A stretch of 64,000 bases of DNA from Candidatus Staskawiczbacteria bacterium RIFCSPHIGHO2_01_FULL_39_25 (GTDB taxonomy: Bacteria; Patescibacteriota; Minisyncoccia; Minisyncoccales; Staskawiczbacteraceae). Positions 48,788 through 57,524 of the stretch are shown one piece after another (the stretch's first letter is position 1; each line of letters begins with the position of its first letter). Below the pieces are notes generated by a model. The model saw only the letters and a list, made by a program, of their open reading frames with translations, searched no databases and had not been told where the DNA came from. The stretch is taken from assembly GCA_001820095.1 (NCBI GenBank), contig MHOO01000011.1, positions 1,958 to 65,957 of the forward strand, read 5' to 3'. The position numbers and the translations under genes were made by a program.

Positions 48788-50590
48788 ATGTCATTTTTTA
48801 GTAAAAAAGAAAATAAGCAAAAAGGAGAAACAGAAGAAAGGTTCTTTGAAGAAGAGACTCTTAATATAAAGGATATTATTGCGCCTCCTTACATCGGGAT
48901 AACCCAGGACCATATTAATTTGGGCGAAAAATTCACCAAATCTTTTTTCATCTTTTCTTATCCTAGGTATTTAAACACAGGCTGGCTTTCCCCCGCTATT
49001 AACCTCAATGTCCCTATGGACATATCTTTTTTCATCCATCCCGTTAACAGTGAATTGATTTTAAAAAAATTAAGGTCAAAAATTACCCAAGTTTCCTCTG
49101 AATTAATGGAGCGGCAGGAAAAGGGGTTAATCCGCGATCCGGCGCTTGAAACCGGCTACCAGGACATTGAAACCTTAAGAGATAAGATAATTACTGCCCA
49201 GGAAAAAATGTTCCGGTTTGGGCTTTATATTACCGTATACCGGGACAATGCGGAACAAATGCGGGAAGTAGAATCAACTCTGCGGTCAATTTTTGAATCC
49301 CGACTAATCTATATAAAGCCCGCCCTATTCAAACAAAAAGAAGGGTTTATTTCCACCAGCCCCTACGGAATGGATTTGCTTTCGGTCCACATTCCTATGA
49401 ACACCGAACCGCTTTCCACCACCTTTCCATTTACGTCATTTGATTTAAGCTCTAACGAGGGAATTTTATACGGCATTAATGGCCACAATAATTCTTTGGT
49501 ATTATTTGACCGTTTTACCTTAGAAAACTCCAACATGGTGGTTTTTGCCAAGTCAGGATCCGGGAAATCATACGCCATAAAGCTGGAAATATTGAGATAC
49601 CTAATGTGGGGAGTTGATGTGATTGTTATTGACCCTGAAAATGAATATGAATTTTTGGCTGATGGAGTGGGAGGAGATTTCTTTAAGATATCACTAACAT
49701 CAGATTACCACGTAAACCCTTTTGACTTGCCAGTGCCAGGGCCCGATGACAGCGTAGATGACATTTTGCGGTCAAACGTAATAAATTTAGTGGGATTGTT
49801 AAGAATTATGCTAGGCGGATTGACGCCGGAAGAAGACAGCATCTTAGACCAAGCCCTTACCGAAACTTACGCCATACGGGATATTACCCCCCAATCTGAC
49901 CCTGCTACCTGGCAGGAAAATATACCGGTAATGTCTGACTTTGCGGAAATTTTAGAAAATATGACCGGAGCTGAATCCTTAGCCAGGCGCCTTAAAAAAT
50001 TCACCCAGGGAACGTTTGCGGGATTTTTTAATAGAAAATCAAATATTACGATTGAAAAAAACTTTATTGTGTTTGGCATACGGGATATGGAAGAATCTTT
50101 AAAACCCATTGCCCTGTTTATGGTCATGCGCTACGTATGGAATATCATCAGGAGCACGGTAAAAAAGAGGATTCTGGTTATTGATGAAGCCTGGTGGCTG
50201 ATGCAATCAGAAGATGGAGCTTCATTCTTGTTTGGCTTGGTAAAAAGGGGCAGAAAATATTGGCTGGGGGTAACTACCATAACCCAAGACATAGAAGATT
50301 TTATGAAGTCTTCATATGGCAAAGCCATTATTACCAATTCTTCGCTGCAGCTTTTGTTAAAACAGTCTCCGGCGGCTCTTGACGTACTGCAAACCACCTT
50401 TGACTTAACCGAACAGGAAAAAACACTTTTATTGGATGCCAATGTGGGAGAAGGCCTTTTCTTTGCCGGAAAAAAGCATGTCTATATCGGCGTAAAAGCC
50501 AGCTACACCGAAGACCAGATTATAACTACCAGCCCCGGGGAGGTTGAAAAAATCAGGGAGGCAAGGAAAAAATTACAACAACAGCAGTAA
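48788..50590 (+). CDS. virB4: VirB4-like type IV secretion ATPase
   Basis: Walker A AKSGSGKS, IDPENEY, Walker B VIDEAW, KRGRKY, TQD. Confidence 0.9.
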   Translation: MSFFSKKENKQKGETEERFFEEETLNIKDIIAPPYIGITQDHINLGEKFTKSFFIFSYPRYLNTGWLSPAINLNVPMDISFFIHPVNSELILKKLRSKITQVSSELMERQEKGLIRDPALETGYQDIETLRDKIITAQEKMFRFGLYITVYRDNAEQMREVESTLRSIFESRLIYIKPALFKQKEGFISTSPYGMDLLSVHIPMNTEPLSTTFPFTSFDLSSNEGILYGINGHNNSLVLFDRFTLENSNMVVFAKSGSGKSYAIKLEILRYLMWGVDVIVIDPENEYEFLADGVGGDFFKISLTSDYHVNPFDLPVPGPDDSVDDILRSNVINLVGLLRIMLGGLTPEEDSILDQALTETYAIRDITPQSDPATWQENIPVMSDFAEILENMTGAESLARRLKKFTQGTFAGFFNRKSNITIEKNFIVFGIRDMEESLKPIALFMVMRYVWNIIRSTVKKRILVIDEAWWLMQSEDGASFLFGLVKRGRKYWLGVTTITQDIEDFMKSSYGKAIITNSSLQLLLKQSPAALDVLQTTFDLTEQEKTLLLDANVGEGLFFAGKKHVYIGVKASYTEDQIITTSPGEVEKIREARKKLQQQQ

Positions 50591-52206
50591 TGTGTTACAA
50601 TTGTAATAATATGCAAATGCCAAAAAAATATAAAAAAGTTATTGTTGTACTGATCTTTATAGCTGTTATATTACCGCAAAGTACCTTGATTTTGGCATCG
50701 GAGGTAAACTACCCTCCCATTCCAGGAGCTCCTAGCCCCACCGATTTATTTTCATATATTGCCTACTTTATTACGTTTGCCGTAGTTGCAGCCGGGATAA
50801 TGGGGGTGGTATCTATTGTTATTGCGGGAATTAAGATATTGATCAATGCGGGCAGCCCGGCGGCAATAGGCGACGCAAAAGACAGAATTTTTGGCGCCAT
50901 TTTAGGGATCATCCTTTTAATGGCCTCTTTTATAATTCTGCGAACTATCAATGCGGAATTAGTTAATGAAAGAACGATTGCCCCAGACCTTAAAGCAGGC
51001 GCTGTTTATTATACTGTTAGTTCTGGCCTTAATGAAGATGGGGAGCTTTATATACAAGCGCCAGAAGCAGAGTCAAACACTGCTAATATACCACAACCAT
51101 ATGACACAATTTACTATTACTGCGAAGGCAATCCGGCAAATTATAGAAATCTTTTAGTGTGGGTATATAACGATTTTAACTTTCAGATAGATCGAAATAA
51201 AAATGGAGGCGCTGATGTTAATACTATTGTATTACCATGCAATCAAGGCACCCCCATATTAGACACTATCCTTTCTTTTAAAAGAAGCTACGAATACCCG
51301 GGAATTTATCTCTATCTTACCAATAAATGCACGGGCGTTAGTTCCCCCTCTCTAACACTAAGTGGTGATGTGCCCCGTTTTGATGCTCAAGCAAATAAAG
51401 AACAAAGACCTAAATCATTAAGAATTGTTAATGGAAAGGACCCCCGCCAAATATATGGAGTTATTTTTAATAAAAACCCTAAATTTACCGGGGAGTGTAC
51501 GCGGGTAGTATGGAATCCACAGCCAAATATTGAAAGTGAGTGCATAATTTTAGATGGGCAAGATGCTAAACCAAATGTATTCTTGACTGAAGAAAAATTT
51601 CTCCCCGAATCAATGTATGTAGTAAATTTTGATATAGATCTTGGACCAAGAGCAGGTGGCAGTATTGAGCTTTATAGTAAAGATTATATAGCGAGAATCC
51701 CGCAAAAAGCTGGCCCCAGCAATACTACCTCAGTAGGAACTGATGCTCAAAGGAATGCTGCTTTTGATATTGGCAATGTATTGCACATAAAAAATCCGGT
51801 GGAAGGTCAACCCACCCCAGATGCGTTGCTAAGAAAACCATTTTTTAAGGGGATAGGAGTAAGGTTTACGGCTACATACCCAGACACCGTAGAAGAAAGC
51901 TATGCTAATGGCAGTAGTGTGGGAGCCCGCTACTATGAGTATGGTTCGGCAACGACGCCCATAAACGGACAATATGAAAATTATCCTGAGGGAGGTGGAG
52001 GTGCCCAGTGCAATGATTATGACTATGAATGCATACGTAAGATAAAACATAATGGAACTTACTATACTATTTTTTATGCTCATAATAATTTGATCGGGGG
52101 TGAAGTTTGTGTAGTTAATACTAAATCAACTAATTTGCGCGATACTAAAATATTAGATAATAATAAAGTGATAACGGAGATAACTATAATTCCCACCACT
52201 CCCTAA
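50590..52206 (+). CDS. Pilin (TrbC/VirB2-like) domain protein with large Cys-containing extracellular region
   Basis: YPPIPG, IVIAGIKILINAGSPAAIGDAKDRIFGAILG, IILRTIN; start may be 50611. Confidence 0.7.
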   Translation: MCYNCNNMQMPKKYKKVIVVLIFIAVILPQSTLILASEVNYPPIPGAPSPTDLFSYIAYFITFAVVAAGIMGVVSIVIAGIKILINAGSPAAIGDAKDRIFGAILGIILLMASFIILRTINAELVNERTIAPDLKAGAVYYTVSSGLNEDGELYIQAPEAESNTANIPQPYDTIYYYCEGNPANYRNLLVWVYNDFNFQIDRNKNGGADVNTIVLPCNQGTPILDTILSFKRSYEYPGIYLYLTNKCTGVSSPSLTLSGDVPRFDAQANKEQRPKSLRIVNGKDPRQIYGVIFNKNPKFTGECTRVVWNPQPNIESECIILDGQDAKPNVFLTEEKFLPESMYVVNFDIDLGPRAGGSIELYSKDYIARIPQKAGPSNTTSVGTDAQRNAAFDIGNVLHIKNPVEGQPTPDALLRKPFFKGIGVRFTATYPDTVEESYANGSSVGARYYEYGSATTPINGQYENYPEGGGGAQCNDYDYECIRKIKHNGTYYTIFYAHNNLIGGEVCVVNTKSTNLRDTKILDNNKVITEITIIPTTP

Positions 52207-52270
52207 AATTTTGTATCCACCAAAAAACCACCGATTTTGACTCGGTGGTTTTTTGATTGGTATATTTTTA

Positions 52271-52813
52271 CTAAATAACAGGGCTAATGACTACGCGCCT
52301 ATCAAAGCCCTCTCCCTGGCTTTCGGTAATAATGTCCTGCCTTCCCGACAGCTCTGTATGAATTATCCTTCTTTCATATGCTGACATAGGGGGTAATATT
52401 TTCTTTTCTTTAGTGATTGCAACTTCATCAGCCAAACTCCTAGCCAAGCCTTTTAGGTATTCAATTTTCTTTTTTTTATAATCATTAATATCTACGTTTA
52501 GGTGAAAATTGTTCTCTAATTTTTTATTTAGTAAAATCCTTAAAACTCTCTGAAGCTCAAATAACGTTTGCCCGCCCTGGCCAATTAACATTTGCGGGTC
52601 ATCTAATGTAATATCTACAGTTACTAAATACATACTAGGAGCTTCGTTAACACTTGGGACATCCAAAAGCAGGTCATCTTTTTTATCTTGAACCTCTTTA
52701 TTTTCTTGTGGTATAGCAGATAGATTTACGGTAACCACAAAAGACGACACCGTCATTTTCTGCAGCATCTCTTCAACTTTTTCTTTAATAATGTTGATTT
52801 GGCTTTGATTCAT
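52271..52813 (-). CDS. jag: Jag/KhpB (KH + R3H) RNA-binding protein
   Basis: LIGQGGQTL, PMSAYERRIIH, TESQGEG. Confidence 0.92.
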   Translation of the reverse strand: MNQSQINIIKEKVEEMLQKMTVSSFVVTVNLSAIPQENKEVQDKKDDLLLDVPSVNEAPSMYLVTVDITLDDPQMLIGQGGQTLFELQRVLRILLNKKLENNFHLNVDINDYKKKKIEYLKGLARSLADEVAITKEKKILPPMSAYERRIIHTELSGRQDIITESQGEGFDRRVVISPVI

Positions 52814-52822
52814 CGTTTCTTG

Positions 52823-52849
52823 TTTTACAGACTCCCGGAGTCTGTAAAA
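52823..52849. repeat. REP-like palindrome
   Basis: ttttacagactcc-c-ggagtctgtaaaa; same as 17406. Confidence 0.8.
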
Positions 52850-52850
52850 T

Positions 52851-53561
52851 TTATTCGGGTACTTTTTTTAAAATATAGTATTGCTGGGCGATAGAAACTA
52901 TCCCGCTCACTATCCAGTAGAGCCCCAGCGCCGATGGCAATTTTAAAAGGATAATGACCGTGACAAATGGAAAAAAGTAAAGCATTTGCTTTTGCATAAT
53001 AGTCCCAATATCCTTGGCTTTTGCCTTATCTGGCTTAGGCATTAACATTTTAGTCTGGAAAAACTGGAGAATGCCCGCCAATATGGCAAACACTAAGTTT
53101 GGTTGAGCCAAATCTACCATCTGTAAAAACATTGAATTAATTTGAATTGGGTTTACCACAAAACTGTAAAGATTCCCAAGCTCTTCTGGTTTTAACCCCA
53201 GCCAAAAAACCCTGTAAAGCGCAATTAAAATAGGAAGCTGTATAATTACTAAGAATAAGCCGCTAAAGGGGTTAATTTTTTCTTTACGGTATAGCTCTAG
53301 GGTTTCTTGGGCCTGTTTTTCCTTGTCGTTTTTAAATTTGCTCTGTATCTCCTGTAATTTGGGCTGAAGCCTCTGGAGAACTTTTTGGGAGTGCAATGCT
53401 TTTACCGATAAGGGATATAAAACAAATTTTATAACTACCGTAAGAACAATAATTGCAACACCAAAATCATGTCCGGGGAAATAATTGTAAATTAACACCA
53501 GCACATTAAATAAGGGCTTGTATAAAAGAACATCAAAAATAGTTACTAAAAAACCAAACAT
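52851..53561 (-). CDS. yidC: Membrane protein insertase YidC (short form)
   Basis: GVAIIVLTV, LQPKL, IQLPILIALY, LPSALGLYW. Confidence 0.94.
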   Translation of the reverse strand: MFGFLVTIFDVLLYKPLFNVLVLIYNYFPGHDFGVAIIVLTVVIKFVLYPLSVKALHSQKVLQRLQPKLQEIQSKFKNDKEKQAQETLELYRKEKINPFSGLFLVIIQLPILIALYRVFWLGLKPEELGNLYSFVVNPIQINSMFLQMVDLAQPNLVFAILAGILQFFQTKMLMPKPDKAKAKDIGTIMQKQMLYFFPFVTVIILLKLPSALGLYWIVSGIVSIAQQYYILKKVPE

Positions 53562-53574
53562 TGCTTTGGAGTTG

Positions 53575-53901
53575 TTATATTTTTTTAAAGAATTTTGCGA
53601 TAGCCGCCTGTATTTCTAGAAACTCTTTCTTATTGATTTGAGGCAACGCAATAATAACTACATCTGCCGGTTTTTTCAGATTTTTCAATTCATAAAAAGC
53701 TGCGTCCCTTAATCTTCTCTTAATTTTATTCCTTTGGGTAGCTTTGGAGGAAACTTTCTTGCTTACGATAAAGCCGAAACGGCCTTCTGGCAAATGATTT
53801 CCCATTGACTTGCATACCAAAAAATCATTTTTTATAGTTTCCCCCCTTTTAAAGACGGCATCAAAATCCTTTTTCTTAGTTAATCGGTTAATTTTGGGCA
53901 A
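53575..53901 (-). CDS. rnpA: Ribonuclease P protein component
   Basis: RLTKKKDF, GFIVSKKV, ATQRNKIKRRLR; probable TTG start. Confidence 0.92.
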   Translation of the reverse strand: MPKINRLTKKKDFDAVFKRGETIKNDFLVCKSMGNHLPEGRFGFIVSKKVSSKATQRNKIKRRLRDAAFYELKNLKKPADVVIIALPQINKKEFLEIQAAIAKFFKKI

Positions 53902-53911
53902 CAACTTAAAT

Positions 53912-54056
53912 GAATTCCTAATTATTCTAATTGCTCTAATTATTCTAATCAAATCCTAACTTCTAATGTCTAATTTATAAAAAATACTTATTCATTGGGA
54001 TTTGAGTATTGGGGCTTGATTAGGTTAATTAGAAATTAGGTTAATTAGTATAATTC
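53912..54056. repeat. Empty periodic inverted-arm element, CTAATT-NNN family
   Basis: cctaattattctaattgctctaattattctaatca ... tgattaggttaattagaaattaggttaattagtataatt, between rpmH and rnpA. Confidence 0.88.
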
Positions 54057-54060
54057 CGCA

Positions 54061-54195
54061 TTATACCGCTAATTTCTTCCTTCCCTTTGCTCTCCTTCTT
54101 TGGATAACCTGCCTGCCTTTTTTAGTTTGTGCGCGTTTTAGGAAGCCATGGGTCCTTTTTCTCTTTTTCTTTTTTGGTTTATAGGTAAAACTCAT
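54061..54195 (-). CDS. rpmH: 50S ribosomal protein L34
   Basis: Read by eye: [44 protein letters not shown]. Confidence 0.96.
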   Translation of the reverse strand: MSFTYKPKKKKRKRTHGFLKRAQTKKGRQVIQRRRAKGRKKLAV

Positions 54196-54269
54196 AATTA
54201 AATTGTATTTAATATTAATTTTAGTATAATATGGCTAGTATAGTACAAAATAGGCCCTTGGTCAAACCA

Positions 54270-54338
54270 TATTTTAATTTGAAATTTGAAATATTTTACA
54301 TTGAATTCAAATGGCCTAAATTTCAAATTTCAAATTCA
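54270..54338. repeat. Short inverted-arm element, TTTCAAA 7-mer
   Basis: aatttgaaatttgaaat ... ttcaaatggcctaaatttcaaatttcaaatt (31 bp identical to the copy near 61840-61870). Confidence 0.7.
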
Positions 54339-54376
54339 TCGGTATTGTGCGTCTAAATAGAAACATATCACACAAA

Positions 54377-54396
54377 TTATCCACAGTTTAACCACA
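54377..54396 (+). promoter_or_regulatory. DnaA boxes upstream of dnaA (oriC part 1)
   Basis: TTATCCACA (54377-54385) and TTAACCACA (54388-54396). Confidence 0.8.
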
Positions 54397-54575
54397 GTTG
54401 TTCTTATTTTACCCTAATTTGACAAAGGGTTAATAAATAGAAAAAATACACTATTAAGTAATACTCACCTAATTCAAGATAAGTGAAAATGTATTTCACT
54501 TATCTGTTAGACCTATTGCGTAATAAGGTTTGTAGTATAAAAACTTATTACGCAACAGGTCTATTGTTTGTAATT

Positions 54576-55934
54576 ATGGAAAATACTGAGCTATGGCAAT
54601 CGGTGTTAGCACAAATGCAGCTTCATATCTCTAAGGCAAACTTTGCGACGTGGTTTCAAAACACCGGGATTGCGCTTAAGGAAAATGAAAAAGTGATTAT
54701 TTCCGTCCCCAATGCTTTTTCTAAAGAGTGGCTTAGTAATAAGTACTACAAATTAATGTTAAAGATAATGCATGATATAGATGCCACCATTAAAGAATTG
54801 GAATTTACCATTAATCCCCAATCATTAAAAGCTCTCGTAGTTAAAGAGGCGGCAGATACCGCGAAGATAGACATAGAACAGCTTAAATTTGATGAGTTTA
54901 AAATCAACAAAGAAACCAACCTCAATCCTCGCTACACGTTTGAAAATTTTGTCGTAGGCTCATTCAATGAGCTGCCTTGCGCTGCGGCCCTGGCGGTTTC
55001 CGAAAACCCCGGCTATGCCTATAACCCCCTTTTTATTTACGGAGGCGTGGGGTTAGGCAAAACCCACCTCATACAGGCCATTGGCAACCAAATAGCCAAC
55101 GATCCTAAAAAAAAGAAGGTAAGGTACATGCCTTCTGAAAAGCTGGTGTCGGGCATTGTGGCGGCCATTAGAAGCAATAGCATGGAATCCTTTAAGGCCA
55201 GCTTGGCTCCCATAGATGTATTAATTATTGATGATATTCAATTCATTGCGGGAAAAAATAAAAGCCAGGAAGAGTTTTTTCATGTGTTCAATTCTTTGTA
55301 TGAAAAAAACAAACAGATTATTCTTTCTTCTGATAGGCCGCCGAACGCCATACCAGAGCTAGAAGAACGGCTAAGATCAAGGTTGGGAGGCGGTATGACG
55401 ATTGACGTAAGCCTGCCAGATTATGAAACCAGATTGGCGATACTTAAAACAAAGCTTCAAGAAAAAAATATAAAACTGCCAGAAGATGTGCTAGAATATA
55501 TAGCTTCTAATGTAAAAAAGAACGTACGGGAGCTGGAAGGAGCCCTCAATAGCCTATTAATTTACTATAAAATCAATAACAACATCCCCAACTTGGAAAT
55601 TGCTAAAAAACTGTTAAAAGGTTTTGTGTTTTCTCCTTTTGACGTGGCAAACTATAAAAAAATAATTGAAACAGTAGCTAAATTTTACAACCTAGAAGAA
55701 AAAAATCTTTTTGACTCAACAAGGCGGAAAGAAATTGTAAGGCCCCGCCAGGTAGCAATGTTTTTACTAAGAAAGGAGTTAAAATATTCTTTTCCCGCCA
55801 TTGCCAGAAAATTCGGCGGCAAAGACCATACCACGGTGATTTACGCTTACAAAAAAATCCTCCGCGAGTCAGAAGAAAACAACAAATTAACCGATGAATT
55901 AAACTTAATAAAGCAGAGAGTATATAGTGGATAA
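54576..55934 (+). CDS. dnaA: Chromosomal replication initiator DnaA
   Basis: LNPRYTFENFV, YNPLFIYGGVGLGKTHL, IDDIQF, RELEGAL, GGKDHTTV; ATG at 54576. Confidence 0.98.
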   Translation: MENTELWQSVLAQMQLHISKANFATWFQNTGIALKENEKVIISVPNAFSKEWLSNKYYKLMLKIMHDIDATIKELEFTINPQSLKALVVKEAADTAKIDIEQLKFDEFKINKETNLNPRYTFENFVVGSFNELPCAAALAVSENPGYAYNPLFIYGGVGLGKTHLIQAIGNQIANDPKKKKVRYMPSEKLVSGIVAAIRSNSMESFKASLAPIDVLIIDDIQFIAGKNKSQEEFFHVFNSLYEKNKQIILSSDRPPNAIPELEERLRSRLGGGMTIDVSLPDYETRLAILKTKLQEKNIKLPEDVLEYIASNVKKNVRELEGALNSLLIYYKINNNIPNLEIAKKLLKGFVFSPFDVANYKKIIETVAKFYNLEEKNLFDSTRRKEIVRPRQVAMFLLRKELKYSFPAIARKFGGKDHTTVIYAYKKILRESEENNKLTDELNLIKQRVYSG

Positions 55935-56170
55935 CCCACATAATAACTTGCATATTAAAAAAATAAAAAATATATACCATTATTATTACCTGCCCTATTT
56001 ATATTTTTTTTAACTACACTATCCACAGGTTATTTTTAAAAAAATTAAGGACAAATTAAAATAAAATTTTAATAAAAAATTCATAAAATACGCGAGCTAA
56101 TAACAATAATAAGTTTTAATATATTAATAACTATTGTTAAAAATTAATAACCTGAAAAAAGAAAAGGAAT
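55926..56170. other. Probable oriC unwinding region (dnaA-dnaN spacer)
   Basis: AGTGGATAA (55926) and CTATCCACA (56019) boxes; very AT-rich; TAA/TAT trinucleotide runs resembling DnaA-trios. Confidence 0.7.
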
Positions 56171-57295
56171 ATGAAAATAGAAATATTAAAAGAAAACCTA
56201 AAATCAGCCCTTAGTGTAATAGAAAGAGTGGTGGGAAAAAACTTATCATTGCCTATTTTAGATAATGTATTAATAAATACCGAAGATAGTTTTTTAAACT
56301 TAATTTCCACTGATTTAGAAACTACCATAAAGTTGTGGGTATTAACTAAAATAGTTAAAAAAGGCAAGGTGGTGGTTCCAGCAAAATTTCTTTCTAATTT
56401 TATCTCTTCCTTGCCGAATGAAAAAATAACCATTGAGTCTAAAGAGTATAATTTATTTATTGAATGCGGCAGCCTTAAAACCCAAATCCAAGGACACAAC
56501 CCGGAAGATTTTCCTATTATTCCAGAGTTTAAGGATGTGGATTTTATAGAAGTGGATAATAAAAAATTCTGCCAGGGGGTTTCCCAAATTATTGATATTG
56601 CCCAACCATCGCAATCAAAGCCAGAAATTTCCGGTATTTATTTTTCTTTTTCTAAAAACAGCATTAAGATTGTGGCAACCGACAGCTTTAGGCTTGCAGA
56701 AAAAAATGTTGCGCTAGAAAATTCTATAAAAAAAGAGTATTCTTTTATACTCCCCCAAAAACCAGCGCGAGAGTTGACGAATATTTTAGAAAACAAGGAA
56801 GGCATTCTTAAAATATATTTTTCCAGTAGCCAGATATTATTTGAGTCTCCCATGAAAGAAATGCCACATCCGCAAATTCAAATTACCTCCCGCTTAATTG
56901 AGGGGGAATATCCCAACTACCAAGATATTATCCCCACTAAATTTAAAACAAATATTACCCTAAAACGAGATGATTTTTTAAGCCAGATAAAAACAGCTTC
57001 GCTGTTCGCGAGCAAGGTTAACGAGGTAAAGATTTCAGCAGATGCTGAAAAAAAAGAAATAGAAATTTTTTCCCAGAATCCAGAAGTTGGGGAAAATAAG
57101 TCAAGGATTCCAGTAAAGATTGACGGAGAAAACATACAAGTATCTTTTAATTACAAATTTTTAATAGATGGCCTTTTAAACATTAAGAGCTCGGAAGTAA
57201 TTTTTGATATAAGTAAGGAGGAGGGCCCCTGTATTTTAAGGCCCGTAGGAGATGCCAGCTATATTTATGTAGTAATGCCAATTAAGTCTATTTAA
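56171..57295 (+). CDS. dnaN: DNA polymerase III beta clamp
   Basis: LPILDNV, STDLE, ATDSFRLA, SRLIEGEYPNY, VVMPI. Confidence 0.97.
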   Translation: MKIEILKENLKSALSVIERVVGKNLSLPILDNVLINTEDSFLNLISTDLETTIKLWVLTKIVKKGKVVVPAKFLSNFISSLPNEKITIESKEYNLFIECGSLKTQIQGHNPEDFPIIPEFKDVDFIEVDNKKFCQGVSQIIDIAQPSQSKPEISGIYFSFSKNSIKIVATDSFRLAEKNVALENSIKKEYSFILPQKPARELTNILENKEGILKIYFSSSQILFESPMKEMPHPQIQITSRLIEGEYPNYQDIIPTKFKTNITLKRDDFLSQIKTASLFASKVNEVKISADAEKKEIEIFSQNPEVGENKSRIPVKIDGENIQVSFNYKFLIDGLLNIKSSEVIFDISKEEGPCILRPVGDASYIYVVMPIKSI

Positions 57296-57303
57296 CTAAG
57301 CGC

Positions 57304-57345
57304 GAAACTAAAAAAACAACCCCGCGGGGTTGTTTTTTTAGTTTC
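57304..57345. terminator. Bidirectional intrinsic terminator
   Basis: gaaactaaaaaaacaacccc-gc-ggggttgtttttttagtttc, between convergent dnaN and PBP. Confidence 0.8.
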
Positions 57346-57524
57346 TAGACCTTGAATTACGAAATGCTTTCACGGTATTTTCTCCAAATTTGAAGGCGAA
57401 AATGTGATAGAATTTTAAAATATAGTTTACTACATTTTAAAATTATTGCACATTTGTAGACCAAATTTGGAGAAAATACCTAAAACTTGCCGTTTCATGG
57501 GGCATTTCGTAATTCAAGGTCTAG
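57345..57524. mobile_element. MITE-like palindromic element, copy 3
   Basis: ctagaccttgaattacgaaatgc ... gcatttcgtaattcaaggtctag; its end overlaps the PBP stop codon. Confidence 0.8.
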
